NCBI GenBank assembly: GCA_963845535.1
Contig: CAWJSK010000012.1
Span: forward strand, 512,001-576,000
Length of the DNA stretch: 64,000 bases
Direction: 5' to 3'
Origin: an uncultured Spirochaetota bacterium
GTDB lineage: Bacteria > Spirochaetota > Spirochaetia > SZUA-6 > Fen-1364
Position 1 is the first letter of the stretch. Each line of letters opens with the position of its first letter. A program made the position numbers and the translations under genes. Positions 18,851 through 29,903 of the stretch are shown here, one piece after another. The notes beneath the pieces are model-generated. The model was not told where the DNA came from. It saw only the letters and a list, made by a program, of their open reading frames with translations, and did not search any database.

Positions 18851-19684
18851 ATGAAAGAGAAGGGCGGCCATTTCGTTCGGGCATCCGCTATCGCGCTCGC
18901 CGCGCACGCCCTTCTCTTCCTTGTATTCGCGCAGCTCATCCGCGGCAACGCGGTGGGGAACCCTGGCCTGGGGCTGGTGGAGATCCAGCTCTCAGGCGAT
19001 GGCGATGGGAGCGGTGGAGGCGGGGTCGCGGGTCGCGCTGACAAGGGTGTGCCCGGGCCCCCGCATGCCCCGAAAGCACGGCCGGCTCCGGTGCTTGCCC
19101 CCGCCCCCTCGCGCGCGCCTGCGTCGACGCCTTCCCTGTCGCCATCGCCTGCGCCTTCCCTGTCGCCTTCCACCTCTTCGCCCGTGCAAAGCCCGGCGGC
19201 CGCAGCTCCGATACAAACCCCGGCGAGCACTCCCGCGGAACAGTGGCCGCCGGTCCCCGGCCCCGAAGGCGGCAGGGGCGCCGGGACCGGGAGCAATCCC
19301 ACAGCGGTGGGGGCCGGGGGCGGCAGCGGCGGCTGGGGCGGGGGATCAGGGGGCGGGCCCATGGGGGGCTTGCCGGCTACAATCGCGGACATCGACGCTG
19401 TGCCCTTGCAGCCAATCGCAGCCCCCTACCCCGCCAGAGCGAAGAGACTCGGTCAACAGGGCCTCGTGAAGGTGCGCGTCGATATCGATGATCAGGGGAT
19501 CGTCGTCGAGGATCAGGTCATCGTGTCATCGGGATTTGCTGACCTCGACAACGCCGCGTTGGATGCCGTGAGGAGGGCCCGGTTCCTGCCGGCGAAGAAA
19601 AACGGAAAATCCGTGCCGTCACGCTATGTCATTCCAATCCGGTTCAGGCTGGAGCAAGACCGGTCATTCTCATCGCAGGATTAA
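18851..19684 (+). CDS. tonB: Energy transducer TonB
   Basis: N-terminal TM with His, Pro/Gly linker, YPARAKRLGQQG...SSG..DLDNAALDAV...F.PA. Confidence 0.9.
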   Translation: MKEKGGHFVRASAIALAAHALLFLVFAQLIRGNAVGNPGLGLVEIQLSGDGDGSGGGGVAGRADKGVPGPPHAPKARPAPVLAPAPSRAPASTPSLSPSPAPSLSPSTSSPVQSPAAAAPIQTPASTPAEQWPPVPGPEGGRGAGTGSNPTAVGAGGGSGGWGGGSGGGPMGGLPATIADIDAVPLQPIAAPYPARAKRLGQQGLVKVRVDIDDQGIVVEDQVIVSSGFADLDNAALDAVRRARFLPAKKNGKSVPSRYVIPIRFRLEQDRSFSSQD

Positions 19685-19795
19685 AAAAACACTTGCGGTG
19701 GGCAGAAAACTGCATCAGAATAGTCTTTTGTTCAATTATATCCATTTTCGTGATAGAATAATCGCGGTCGTCAAGCGCGAACGGGAGATTTGGTT

Positions 19796-22336
19796 ATGAA
19801 GCACATCGGCTCCAAGCTGGTCCTTGTAGGCACCGTCCTCATGATCGTACCGCTTCTGCTCCTGGCCTTTCTGGCCGTCACGAGGTCCAGCGCGGCGCTC
19901 GAGAAGCTGGGAAATGATCAGATGATCGGCAGATCCCGTGAGATTGCCAGCGTGATCGACCGGGTGTTGACGGAGGAGCGCAGGTTCGCGCTCGTCATGG
20001 CCAATGATTTCGACGTGATCGACGCGGCAAAGGCCGTCGACGAGAAAGGATTGGCCAAGGCCGGTCCAATCGCTGCCGACATCAGCAGGAAGCTTTCCCC
20101 GTACGAGAAGAACCCATTGATCCATTGGACGTATGAGGCGGCGCTTGTTTCCGACATCAACGGCCAGGTGTTCGCCTCTTCGAAAGACGCGTGGAGCGGA
20201 GCATCGATCGCCGACACTGAGTATTTCAAGAAAGCCAAGAGCGGCGTTACGGACATTGGGCAAGTCTTTGCCAGCAAGGTCACCAACCTTCCGGTGGTTC
20301 CCATAGCGACCCCTATCCGCATCGTGGACACCCAGGAAATCGTCGGCGTCTATGTGGTCCTCATCAGCATCAACTTCCTCTCGGAAGTCATTGCGGACGA
20401 AAGGATCGGCTCCACCGGCTACGCATTCGTCCTCGATGAGAACGGAATGGTGATTGCCCATCCCAATCCGGCGTACATCATGAAGCTCAATGCTCTTCAG
20501 GAGCCGGGGCTGAAAGACCTGGCCAAGAACATGGTCAACGGCGGCGCTGGTGTGGCTGTCTACACGTTTCAGGGTGTCTCCCAGAAAGCGGGATACGCAA
20601 TGGCGAAGAGCACCTCGTGGAGCGTGGCTTTGACGATGAACGCCGACGAGGACGTCTACATCCTCACCGCAACGAGCCTGCGCAACCTGTTCCTCATCAT
20701 CAGCGGCGGCGCGCTGGTGCTGGCATTCTTCATCTACCTGTTCTTCTCCCGCTCCATCACCGTGCCCCTCTCTCGTGGGGTGGCGTTTGCCCAGACAATC
20801 GCCTCGGGGGATTTCACCCAGCGGCTGCCCACCAACCGCAGTGACGAGGTGGGGAGGCTGGCGGAGGCGCTGAACACCATGTCCACCCGCCTTGCCACCA
20901 TGGTGGCCACGGTGCAGGAGAGCGCCCACCAGGTGGCGGCTGCCAGCGGGCAGCTTTCGGCCAGCGCGCAGTCGCTGGCGGAGAGCGCGCAGAGCCAGGC
21001 CTCCACGCTGGAAGAGACCTCCGCCTCCGTGGAGGAGCTGACAGCCAGCGTGGACCAGGTCAGCGAGCACGCCCAGACGCAGGTCACCGCGGTGACGCAG
21101 GGGACCACCTCCATGGCCAACGTGCAGAAGTCCATCGAGGAGGTCTCCCACAGCCTGGGAGAGATATCGGTGCTGGCCAACCAGTCGGTGGAGAAGTCCC
21201 AGGAGGGGGCGGCAGCGGTCAACCAGGTGGTGGAGGGCATCACGCGGATTGCCGAAAGCTCGCAGAAGATCGGCGGGATCGTGGAGGTGATCTCCGACAT
21301 CGCTGACCAGACCAACCTGCTGGCCCTCAACGCCTCCATCGAGGCCGCCCGAGCGGGGGAGCACGGGCGGGGTTTTGCCGTGGTGGCGCAGGAGGTGAGC
21401 AAGCTGGCGGACCGCTCCTCGGCTTCCACCAAGGAGATCGAGAGCCTGATCAGGGAGAGCGTGAAGAACGTGACCCAGGGGGTGGCCATCGCCAACGGTT
21501 CAGCGGGGGCCATGGAGCAGATACGAGACAGCTCGCAGAAGGTGCAGCGCATGATCGGGGAGCTGTCGGGGAGCATGTCGCGCCAGGTGGCCGCCATACG
21601 AGAGCTTGCCAGGGCGTTGGAGAAGATCAACCAGATGAGCGCGGGCATCTCGGCTGCCACCGAGGAGCAGACCGCCAACTCGCGCCAGGTATCCAAGGCG
21701 GTGGAGCACGTCAACGAGCTGACGCAGGCAGCCGCCTCCTCGGCGGAGGAAATGTCAGGGGCCACTGAGGAGCTTTCCCGCATGGCCAACGAGCTGCAGC
21801 GGCTGGTGGGACAGTTCAAGATTGCCGCCCAGGACGGCGCCCGCCAGGACGCCCGGCAGCCAGGAGCCACTCTGTCCCACGGTGAGGCGCGGGAGCTTGC
21901 AGCCGGTCAGGCGGAGGCTTCGACGGCCGGTGTTTCCCTGCTCAACGCTTCGGGGGAAGAGCGCATCCGATTCATAACGCACGATGAACAGAAAATTCTG
22001 TACGTTGATTTCTCCCATGGCTCCCTGCATGAGATGCACTCAATCATCGCGGAATCGGCAAAGGTCATCAGGAGCCAGCCGGCGAAATCCCTCCTGCTGC
22101 TGACGAACGTTGAAAAGCAGGCTTTCAATACCTCAGCGGCCACGGAGATGCAAAAGTATGCCCAGGGAAACGAGCCATTCGTCTTCGCGGCCGCGGTGAT
22201 CGGGTTGGACGGGCTCAAGAGGATCGTTTATGAGACCATTCGCAAGGCAAGCGGTCAGAATATGATGGCGTTTTCGGGCTTCGAGGAGGCCAAGCAATGG
22301 CTCGTGGCGCGGAAAAAAGAGCTTGCCATGGCTTAA
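19796..22336 (+). CDS. Methyl-accepting chemotaxis protein (dCache-HAMP-MCP) with extra C-terminal STAS/SpoIIAA-like domain
   Basis: [27 protein letters not shown] signature, two TMs, about 125 aa C-terminal extra domain. Confidence 0.92.
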   Translation: MKHIGSKLVLVGTVLMIVPLLLLAFLAVTRSSAALEKLGNDQMIGRSREIASVIDRVLTEERRFALVMANDFDVIDAAKAVDEKGLAKAGPIAADISRKLSPYEKNPLIHWTYEAALVSDINGQVFASSKDAWSGASIADTEYFKKAKSGVTDIGQVFASKVTNLPVVPIATPIRIVDTQEIVGVYVVLISINFLSEVIADERIGSTGYAFVLDENGMVIAHPNPAYIMKLNALQEPGLKDLAKNMVNGGAGVAVYTFQGVSQKAGYAMAKSTSWSVALTMNADEDVYILTATSLRNLFLIISGGALVLAFFIYLFFSRSITVPLSRGVAFAQTIASGDFTQRLPTNRSDEVGRLAEALNTMSTRLATMVATVQESAHQVAAASGQLSASAQSLAESAQSQASTLEETSASVEELTASVDQVSEHAQTQVTAVTQGTTSMANVQKSIEEVSHSLGEISVLANQSVEKSQEGAAAVNQVVEGITRIAESSQKIGGIVEVISDIADQTNLLALNASIEAARAGEHGRGFAVVAQEVSKLADRSSASTKEIESLIRESVKNVTQGVAIANGSAGAMEQIRDSSQKVQRMIGELSGSMSRQVAAIRELARALEKINQMSAGISAATEEQTANSRQVSKAVEHVNELTQAAASSAEEMSGATEELSRMANELQRLVGQFKIAAQDGARQDARQPGATLSHGEARELAAGQAEASTAGVSLLNASGEERIRFITHDEQKILYVDFSHGSLHEMHSIIAESAKVIRSQPAKSLLLLTNVEKQAFNTSAATEMQKYAQGNEPFVFAAAVIGLDGLKRIVYETIRKASGQNMMAFSGFEEAKQWLVARKKELAMA
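20656..21840 (+). repeat. Near-identical 1185 bp direct repeat, copy 1
   Basis: Aligns with 23270-24454 at a constant offset of 2614 with about 8 substitutions by eye. Confidence 0.95.
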
Positions 22337-22403
22337 CAAATCTCTCACAATGGGAGTTTACGCTCATGGATAAAGTACCAACCAAGGACGGCCGGAGAGC
22401 TCC

Positions 22404-24557
22404 ATGAAGAACATCCGCATCGGTTTCAAGCTCGTTGCGGTGGGCACCATACTCATCATTGTCCCCCTGGCGCTGCTGGCCTTCTTTGCAATCACGCGCT
22501 CAGGAGCGTCGCTTTCACTGCTCAGCAATCAGGAGCTTACGGAGCGCTCGCGGGAGATCGCCCGAGTCATCGACCGCGTTTTCCTTGAAGAGAGCCGCTT
22601 CGCGCTCGCATTGGCCTCGGATTTCGACGTCATCCAGTCCGCCGCGGACGTGGACCAGAAAGGCGTTGCCAAGGCTGGTGACATCGTCCAGAAGGTCGAC
22701 ATGAAGCTTTCCCCGTATGAAAAGAACGCTGAGATCCACTGGACGTATGAGGCGGCAATCGTCGCGGACAACGGCGGCAACGTTTTCGCCTCTTCCACCG
22801 CTGCCTGGGTCGGAGCGTCGGTCGCCAACACGCGCTATTTCCAGGAGGCAATGGGCGGAAAGGCAAATATCGGGGAGGTCTTTTTCAGCAAGATCACCAA
22901 CATGCCTATTGTGCCCGTTGCCACACCGATCCGGGACCCAGAGACCAACCAGGTCCTCGGCGTCTATGCTACGCTCATCAATATCAGCTTCCTTACGGAA
23001 ATCATCGCGAATGAGAAAATCGGCGCCAATGGCTACGCGTTCGTCATCGATCAGAACGGAATGGTGATTGCCCACCCGAAGCCTCAATACATCCTGAAGC
23101 TCAACCTCCTTCAGACCGACGGGCTGAAGGAATTGGGGAAGGAAATGGTGGGCGGAAAAACCGATGTTGTTTCGTACATCTTCGAAAGCGTTCACAAAAA
23201 GGCGGGATTTGCGCCCATGAAAAATGTCGCGTGGAGCGTCGGCCTGACGATGAACGATGATGAAGACACCTACATCCTCACCGCAACGAGCCTGCGCAAC
23301 CTGTTCCTCATCATCAGCGGCGGCGCGCTGGTGCTGGCATTCTTCATCTATCTGTTCTTCTCCCGCTCCATCACCGTGCCCCTCTCTCGTGGGGTGGCGT
23401 TTGCCCAGACAATCGCCTCGGGGGATTTCACCCAGCGGCTGCCCACCAACCGCAGTGACGAGGTGGGGAGGCTGGCGGAGGCGCTGAACACCATGTCCAC
23501 CCGCCTTGCCACCATGGTGGCCACGGTGCAGGAGAGCGCCCACCAGGTGGCGGCTGCCAGCGGGCAGCTTTCGGCCAGCGCGCAGTCGCTGGCGGAGAGC
23601 GCGCAGAGCCAGGCCTCCACGCTGGAAGAGACCTCCGCCTCCGTGGAGGAGCTGACAGCCAGCGTGGACCAGGTCAGCGAGCACGCCCAGACGCAGGTCA
23701 CCGCGGTGACGCAGGGGACCACCTCCATGGCCAACGTGCAGAAGTCCATCGAGGAGGTCTCCCACAGCCTGGGAGAGATATCGGTGCTGGCCAACCAGTC
23801 GGTGGAGAAGTCCCAGGAGGGGGCGGCAGCGGTCAACCAGGTGGTGGAGGGCATCACGCGGATTGCCGAAAGCTCGCAGAAGATCGGCGGGATCGTGGAG
23901 GTGATCTCCGACATCGCCGACCAGACCAACCTGCTGGCCCTCAACGCCTCCATCGAGGCCGCCCGAGCGGGGGAGCACGGGCGGGGGTTTGCCGTGGTGG
24001 CGCAGGAGGTCAGCAAGCTGGCGGACCGTTCCTCGGCTTCCACCAAGGAGATCGAGAGCCTGATCAGGGAGAGCGTGAAGAACGTGACCCAGGGGGTGGC
24101 CATCGCCAACGGTTCGGCGGGGGCCATGGAGCAGATACGAGACAGCTCGCAGAAGGTGCAGCGCATGATCGGGGAGCTGTCGGGGAGCATGTCGCGCCAG
24201 GTGGCCGCCATACGAGAGCTTGCCAGGGCGTTGGAGAAGATCAACCAGATGAGCGCGGGCATCTCGGCTGCCACCGAGGAGCAGACCGCCAACTCGCGCC
24301 AGGTATCCAAGGCGGTGGAGCACGTCAACGAGCTGACGCAGGCAGCCGCCTCCTCGGCGGAGGAGATGTCAGGGGCCACTGAGGAGCTTTCCCGCATGGC
24401 CCACGAGCTGCAGCGGCTGGTGGGACAGTTCAAGATTGCCGCCCAGGACGGCGCGCAGGCCCAGGGGTTGGCGGAAGGGAATGCCAGCGTGGAAGCACGG
24501 CGCCCTTTGCGGGTGACAGGCCCGGGCGTCGGGCCAGGCGTTCAACCGCTGAACTGA
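22404..24557 (+). CDS. Methyl-accepting chemotaxis protein (dCache-HAMP-MCP), tandem paralog
   Basis: Same MCP signature; sensor domain homologous but diverged from the upstream copy. Confidence 0.93.
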   Translation: MKNIRIGFKLVAVGTILIIVPLALLAFFAITRSGASLSLLSNQELTERSREIARVIDRVFLEESRFALALASDFDVIQSAADVDQKGVAKAGDIVQKVDMKLSPYEKNAEIHWTYEAAIVADNGGNVFASSTAAWVGASVANTRYFQEAMGGKANIGEVFFSKITNMPIVPVATPIRDPETNQVLGVYATLINISFLTEIIANEKIGANGYAFVIDQNGMVIAHPKPQYILKLNLLQTDGLKELGKEMVGGKTDVVSYIFESVHKKAGFAPMKNVAWSVGLTMNDDEDTYILTATSLRNLFLIISGGALVLAFFIYLFFSRSITVPLSRGVAFAQTIASGDFTQRLPTNRSDEVGRLAEALNTMSTRLATMVATVQESAHQVAAASGQLSASAQSLAESAQSQASTLEETSASVEELTASVDQVSEHAQTQVTAVTQGTTSMANVQKSIEEVSHSLGEISVLANQSVEKSQEGAAAVNQVVEGITRIAESSQKIGGIVEVISDIADQTNLLALNASIEAARAGEHGRGFAVVAQEVSKLADRSSASTKEIESLIRESVKNVTQGVAIANGSAGAMEQIRDSSQKVQRMIGELSGSMSRQVAAIRELARALEKINQMSAGISAATEEQTANSRQVSKAVEHVNELTQAAASSAEEMSGATEELSRMAHELQRLVGQFKIAAQDGAQAQGLAEGNASVEARRPLRVTGPGVGPGVQPLN
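23270..24454 (+). repeat. Near-identical 1185 bp direct repeat, copy 2
   Basis: See 20656-21840. Confidence 0.95.
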
Positions 24558-24579
24558 TTGTCTGCTTTTCAGGCCCTTC

Positions 24580-25764
24580 ATGAACCGAACTGCAATCCGA
24601 GCGCTGTTCACCGCTTCCCTGCTGTTTTTCGGCGCACTCTACACCTACGTGCCTGCCCTTCCCGCCTACATCGCGGGACGCACCACCAGCCTGACCGCGG
24701 TTGGCGTGGTACTCTCCATGTACGGCCTGTGGATGGCGCTGCTGCGGATCCCGCTCGGCGTGGTCACGGATGCGACCGGCCGCAACAAGCCGTATCTTAT
24801 CGGCGGCGTCCTCATGGCTGGAGCCGGCGCAATGGTCATGATGGTGGGCCGGTCAGTGGGGCCGCTCGCCGTTGGACGCGCTCTGACCGGAGTTTCCGCC
24901 GCGGCCTGGGTCCCCTTGATGGTGGTGTTTGCCGGCTATTTCCCGCCCGAGCGGACGATCTTTGCGACATCCCTCGCCTCTTTCGCCTCATCGTTCGGCC
25001 AGATGGTGGGGACAAGCTCCACCGGTTTCCTCGAGTCCTGGGGGGGCCGGGACATGCCGTTCGTTGCGGCGGCCGCGCTGGCGCTGGTCTCGGCGGCTAT
25101 CGTGATGTTCGTGCGGATCCCGCGCAAGGACGCGGCTCATCGGGGAATGGTCAGCGCCCGTTCCATACTTTCCGTTTTCTCCCGCCGCGACGTCCTGGTC
25201 CCTTCGTTCACCAATGCCCTGTGCCAGTTCGGAGTGTGGGCCATCACGTTCGGGTTCATGCCTCTCCTGGCAAAACGGATGGGGGCCGGCGCGGTGGCAG
25301 TCAGCCTGCTCCTGACGATGAATATCGCCGCCAACACGGCGGCCAATCTCTTTGCCACCGTTGTCGCGGGGCGCGGGGGCAGAAGGGTTCTCCTCTACGG
25401 AAGCTTCGCCGCCTTTGCGTTGGGAGCGGCGTTGGCGGCCGCATCCGGAACCGTCGGTCTCCTGTTCGTGGCAACGATCATGATGGGACTGGCAAACGGC
25501 CTGTTTTTCCCGATCCTGCTCGGGCTCTCAATCGAGCACGTGGACGCCTTCCATCGAAGCACCGCGATGGGCATCCACCAGGCCGTCTATGCCGTGGGGA
25601 TGTTCACCGGGCCGTGGATAGGCGGGGTCATCGCGGACGCGGTGGGAATCCGCGACATGTTCGCCATCGTGGCTGTGTTCTCCCTCATTGCGCCGAGCAT
25701 CCTCATCAGCCAAAACCGCGCGCCAGGCGCGCGGCAAGCCCCGCAAATCAAAACGCAGCCATGA
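24580..25764 (+). CDS. MFS transporter
   Basis: About 12 TM; GVVTDATGRNK motif A-like sequence. Confidence 0.9.
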   Translation: MNRTAIRALFTASLLFFGALYTYVPALPAYIAGRTTSLTAVGVVLSMYGLWMALLRIPLGVVTDATGRNKPYLIGGVLMAGAGAMVMMVGRSVGPLAVGRALTGVSAAAWVPLMVVFAGYFPPERTIFATSLASFASSFGQMVGTSSTGFLESWGGRDMPFVAAAALALVSAAIVMFVRIPRKDAAHRGMVSARSILSVFSRRDVLVPSFTNALCQFGVWAITFGFMPLLAKRMGAGAVAVSLLLTMNIAANTAANLFATVVAGRGGRRVLLYGSFAAFALGAALAAASGTVGLLFVATIMMGLANGLFFPILLGLSIEHVDAFHRSTAMGIHQAVYAVGMFTGPWIGGVIADAVGIRDMFAIVAVFSLIAPSILISQNRAPGARQAPQIKTQP

Positions 25765-25773
25765 AACAGGTCG

Positions 25774-26028
25774 TCAAACCCCCGGACCGGCGGCCTTCTC
25801 TTTCTTCGAAGCTGCGGCCTTCTTTTCTTCCACGCGCAGCTTCCGGCTGTACAGGAACACAACGAGCGCGGCGATCATCACACCGTTCGACAAGTCTGAC
25901 GCCAGTTTTTTCGGAATGGGGACACCCAGGAGCCCGAGAACAGCCATCCCTATGAGCAGGGCGCCGAGCCCTGCAAGGACAATCATCAGGTGGTTGGCTT
26001 TCAGCTTGAACGGGAACTCGAACTTCAT
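25774..26028 (-). CDS. Small 2-TM hypothetical membrane protein
   Basis: ATGA overlap with mtnA, SD AGGAG, two hydrophobic helices and a Lys-rich tail. Confidence 0.7.
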   Translation of the reverse strand: MKFEFPFKLKANHLMIVLAGLGALLIGMAVLGLLGVPIPKKLASDLSNGVMIAALVVFLYSRKLRVEEKKAAASKKEKAAGPGV

Positions 26029-27083
26029 CGTTTTACTCCTTGGGAAGCAAGCCTTGCAAGCGACTCGGTGAACGGCGCAAGAGCAATGCCGCGCTCCGTG
26101 ACGATTGCGGTGATCAGCTCATGGTCGGTTACATCGAAAGCGGGATTGTAGACCTTGACGCCGGCGGGAGCCATTCGGCGCGCGTACCACTTCTCCGTCA
26201 CCTCTTCGGCTTTCCTCTGCTCGATGGGAATCTCGGCGCCCGTCGGGCATTTCAAGTCCACGGTAGACAGCGGCGCGTGCACGTAAAAAGGAATGCCGTA
26301 GTGTCGGGCAAGGATTGCCACGCCGGAAGTCCCGATCTTGTTGGCCGTGTCGCCGTTGGCGGCCACACGATCGCATCCTACCAACACTGCCTGCACCCTA
26401 CCCTGCTTCATGACGATTGATGCCATGTTGTCGCAAATGACCGTCACGTCGATTCCCGCCTGAGCAAGCTCCCACGAGGTCAGCCGCACGCCCTGGAGAA
26501 GCGGGCGCGTCTCATCCGCGTAGACTTTGAAACCGTAGCCCCGTTCTGCCCCGAGATACATCGCGGCGGTTGCCGTTCCCCATCGAGAGGTCGCCAGGAC
26601 CCCTGCGTTGCAGTGCGTCAGCAGGCCCCAGCCTTTTTGCAAAAGAGACAGGGAATGCTCGCCGATGCTCCTGCACGTCTCCCCGTCCTCGAACTGTATG
26701 GCCTCCGCCTCAGCCTTCAGCGCTGCCTTTGCTTCTGGAGGAGCCAAATCTTTTGCTTTGGCCAGTCGGGCTTCCATTCGGTCCAGGGCCCAGAACAGGT
26801 TCACCGCCGTGGGACGCGCGGTGGCGAGGTGCTTCTTCACGCCGGCGAACTCCGCTGTAAGCTCCGCGTGAGTCTTTGCAGTCGAGCCGCGAATGCCGAG
26901 GTAAGCGCCATGCGCGGCTGCAATGCCAATGGCGGGCGCGCCTCGTACGCGAAGCTCGTACATGGCCTCCCATATCTCCTTCTGCGTTGCCAGACGCAGG
27001 AAGACCGTTTCACCGGGGAGGCGGGTCTGGTCCAGGATGACAAGGACACCCGCCTCGTCGTCAAGCCGAACAGGATCGATCAT
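26025..27083 (-). CDS. mtnA: S-methyl-5-thioribose-1-phosphate isomerase
   Basis: LDQTRLP, VRGAPAIG, RPTAVNL, LTHCNAG, ETRPLLQG, ANKIGT, NPAFDVT. Confidence 0.95.
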   Translation of the reverse strand: MIDPVRLDDEAGVLVILDQTRLPGETVFLRLATQKEIWEAMYELRVRGAPAIGIAAAHGAYLGIRGSTAKTHAELTAEFAGVKKHLATARPTAVNLFWALDRMEARLAKAKDLAPPEAKAALKAEAEAIQFEDGETCRSIGEHSLSLLQKGWGLLTHCNAGVLATSRWGTATAAMYLGAERGYGFKVYADETRPLLQGVRLTSWELAQAGIDVTVICDNMASIVMKQGRVQAVLVGCDRVAANGDTANKIGTSGVAILARHYGIPFYVHAPLSTVDLKCPTGAEIPIEQRKAEEVTEKWYARRMAPAGVKVYNPAFDVTDHELITAIVTERGIALAPFTESLARLASQGVKR

Positions 27084-27162
27084 GGGACCAGGATATCATG
27101 AAGCCGGCGGGTTTTTCACTTGAGATTATCCCCACGCAGCCCGATACCGTTGGTACCAGCCC

Positions 27163-27603
27163 ATGAAAAGGAAGAACGGACTTCTGATCGGCTTGCTCCT
27201 GGCGCTCCTCATCCTCCCCGCCGCAGACGCAGTGACTGCGCCTGCTATTTCCGACGCCATCTGGCACTCGAAACTGTGCGTGAAAGACGGCGTTTCGGAT
27301 TTCGGCAACAGGACTTTTGGCGATCTTTTCCGTGACGCGAAGTTCCAGGAAGTGGTCACCCGTGAAGGCGTGACGGTGACGTTCCAACTCGAACCGAAAA
27401 GCGTGAACGGAAGCGAAGCGGTCATCGACTTCATCATGAAACGCGATGGTGTGGAATCCGAAAGGTTCAGCTTCTCTTTCCGCTGCCTGGGCGCCTACAC
27501 CTTGCTGTACAAGTTGGAAAGCGACCGGGGGACCGTCCAGGGATCTGACGAGCTTTTGAGGGCGATGAACCTGTTCTACCTCCCCTGCCTTCTCGATCAG
27601 TAA
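27163..27603 (+). CDS. Hypothetical exported protein
   Basis: Signal peptide MKRKNGLLIGLLLALLILPAADA. Confidence 0.7.
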   Translation: MKRKNGLLIGLLLALLILPAADAVTAPAISDAIWHSKLCVKDGVSDFGNRTFGDLFRDAKFQEVVTREGVTVTFQLEPKSVNGSEAVIDFIMKRDGVESERFSFSFRCLGAYTLLYKLESDRGTVQGSDELLRAMNLFYLPCLLDQ

Positions 27604-27628
27604 CCGGCTCCTCCCCGGCCCAAGCGCT

Positions 27629-28717
27629 TCAGCCGCTGAACCGCCTTCCCTCATCGATCATGGAGAGGTAGTTGTCCAACGGCACATAGTTGGCAACCGT
27701 GTTGCCCGTCCCCAGGCAATATCCGCCGCCACGCGAGCAAACTCCGAGAGTCTCACGCACCCGTTCCCGGATGGAAGCCTCGTCGGATCTGCAGAGGAAG
27801 TCCATGTCGATTCCGCCCAGGAGCGCCACCCTTTTCCCGTAGCGCCGTTTCGCCTCGGTGACGGGGAGGATTGCATCCTCGAACGAGTGCTTCCCATCAA
27901 CTCCGACCTCTGAAATCAGATCTTCCATGATCTCATCCAGATTGCCGCAGGAGTGGAGGAGGTATGGCTTGCCTTTGGCGTGAGCCACCTGCGCGCAGCG
28001 CTTGTGCCACGGCAGGATCTTTGCCCGCAGGAAGACAGGGGACATCATGGTGCCTGTCCTGAACCCGAGATCATCCGAGCCCCAGACCACCGCCACCCGT
28101 GAGAAGTCCACGAGCGCGCGCGTGAGCTCGACGTAGAAGGCGCCGGCCTTCTCGAGGATCGCATCCACGAGATCCGGCTGGTCGACAACGGCGTAGCAGA
28201 GAGTCTCGTACCCCATCAGGAAAGAGAGTATCTCGAAAATGTGGGCCGTCAGCTCGTAGCACCCCATGGTTTCCGGAAGGTTGCGTTCCAGCCATTCCAG
28301 AGGGGCGAAGTCGATGTCTGAGACCCGGGGCCAGCGGTATGAGTCGAAATCCTTCCAGCCCTGGATGGGGCCGGCATGCTCTTCCTGCCAGTCTCGGGCC
28401 GACCTTTCCTGGCCCCGCTGGGTGGTGGTGTCAGGGGCGGAGATGGTGGCGGTGGGGAAGACCGTCTTTCGGGCAATTCCAGCCCGGAAAATATCGTACC
28501 CCAGGAAGGAATGCAGCGCGAAGTCCCGCTTGGCTTCGAAAAGCGCGTCCGACCTGTCCAGATCGGGGCACAGCCCAAAACGCTCGACAACGGCGTCCTT
28601 GATTTCCGCATCCAGGAACAGCTCGATATGATGGACCCGCTTCGGAGGCCGGCGTCGAAACAAGACATCCAGCATCTCCGCCACGTCGGGTTCGACCTTT
28701 CGTGAAAAGGTATTCAT
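27629..28717 (-). CDS. Uroporphyrinogen decarboxylase / MT2 methyltransferase-fold family protein
   Basis: GSDDLG, LHSCG, LLGGID, GYCLGTGNTV. Confidence 0.85.
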   Translation of the reverse strand: MNTFSRKVEPDVAEMLDVLFRRRPPKRVHHIELFLDAEIKDAVVERFGLCPDLDRSDALFEAKRDFALHSFLGYDIFRAGIARKTVFPTATISAPDTTTQRGQERSARDWQEEHAGPIQGWKDFDSYRWPRVSDIDFAPLEWLERNLPETMGCYELTAHIFEILSFLMGYETLCYAVVDQPDLVDAILEKAGAFYVELTRALVDFSRVAVVWGSDDLGFRTGTMMSPVFLRAKILPWHKRCAQVAHAKGKPYLLHSCGNLDEIMEDLISEVGVDGKHSFEDAILPVTEAKRRYGKRVALLGGIDMDFLCRSDEASIRERVRETLGVCSRGGGYCLGTGNTVANYVPLDNYLSMIDEGRRFSG

Positions 28718-28793
28718 GCTCAAGCCCCCGTTGTGTATGGTACAGTAGTTGCGGGCTTCCGTAAGGTCAAGGGAAAGGGGAGGGAGCGTACAG

Positions 28794-29900
28794 ATGAAAT
28801 ACCGCAGATTAGGCAATACGGGACTCATCGTGAGCGAGGTTGCGCTGGGATCCATGCAGTTCGGCGGGAAGATGAACATGGGGAACCTCGGCCAGGAAGA
28901 CACAGCGCGGCTGGTGAAGCTCGCCTTGGACAAGGGGATAAACTTCATTGACACCGCGGACGTCTACAGCCAGGGGGAGAGTGAGACTCTCCTGGGAAAC
29001 GCGCTCAAGGGCGTGCGGGAGGAGATCGTGCTTGCCACGAAGGTCAGGCTCCCCATGAGCGAAAACTTCAACAGGAGCGGCGCCACGCGGGTGAACATCA
29101 TGCGCGGCATCGAGAGCAGCCTGAAGCGGCTCCAGACGGACCATGTCGACCTCTATCAGGTGCACGGGTGGGACAGCAACACTCCGCTGGAGGAGACCCT
29201 GCGCACGCTGGATGACCTGGTCCGACACGGGAAGGTCCGGCACATCGGCCTCTCGAACCTTTTGTCCTGGCAGGCCGCAACGGCCATCATGCTTCAGGAG
29301 CGCATGGGCCTGGAGAAATACGTCACGGCCCAGATGTACTACAGCCTCGTCGGCCGCGGCTTGGAGTACGAGTTCCAGTCCTTTGCCCAATACCACAAAA
29401 TCGGCATCCTCGTGTGGAGCCCGCTGGCGGGCGGGTTCCTCTCCGGCAAGTACGCGCGGCCGGAGGAGACGTCGCGCGGCGGCGCCAATCCCGCGCCGTC
29501 TGGGACGAGGTTCGCGGAGGCCGGGCAGTTCGTTCCCTTCGACAAGGAAATGGGGTATCGGACCCTGGAAGCCTTGAAACAGGTCGCGGATCGTCACGGC
29601 GTCAGCATGTCGCGGGTGGCCCTGGCGTGGGTCCTTGGCCGTCCAGCCGTCAGCAGCGTCATCATCGCAGCGCGAAAGGCGGAGCACCTGGAGGACAACC
29701 TCAAAGCCGTGGACCTCGCTCTGTCAGAGGAGGATGTGCGGCTCCTGGATGCGGCGTCCGACCCCGGTGTCCCCTATCCGAAATGGATGGTCCTCCAGTT
29801 GGACACGGCGGAAGATCCGCGGCCCAAGGTGCTGCACCCCGAGCGATACGCGAATGGAGGCCCGTGGAAGGACCTCCGCGGGACAAAGTGGACAGGGTGA
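28794..29900 (+). CDS. Aldo/keto reductase
   Basis: YRRLGNTGL, FIDTADVY, LATK, SLKRLQTDHVDLYQVH, WSPLAGG. Confidence 0.93.
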   Translation: MKYRRLGNTGLIVSEVALGSMQFGGKMNMGNLGQEDTARLVKLALDKGINFIDTADVYSQGESETLLGNALKGVREEIVLATKVRLPMSENFNRSGATRVNIMRGIESSLKRLQTDHVDLYQVHGWDSNTPLEETLRTLDDLVRHGKVRHIGLSNLLSWQAATAIMLQERMGLEKYVTAQMYYSLVGRGLEYEFQSFAQYHKIGILVWSPLAGGFLSGKYARPEETSRGGANPAPSGTRFAEAGQFVPFDKEMGYRTLEALKQVADRHGVSMSRVALAWVLGRPAVSSVIIAARKAEHLEDNLKAVDLALSEEDVRLLDAASDPGVPYPKWMVLQLDTAEDPRPKVLHPERYANGGPWKDLRGTKWTG

Positions 29901-29903
29901 AAC

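Noticed and set aside
18990..19380. Gly/Pro/Ser-rich repeats in tonB
   Set aside because: Normal periplasm-spanning TonB linker.
19736..24433. Long minus-strand ORFs over the MCP genes; similar ones over GH5, the MFS genes, 55686-57212 and 58979-61357
   Set aside because: Antisense or alternate-frame shadows expected in high-GC coding DNA; no motifs, and the opposite strand has clear genes.
20656..24454. 1.18 kb repeat considered as an insertion sequence
   Set aside because: In-frame MCP coding sequence with no transposase or terminal inverted repeats.
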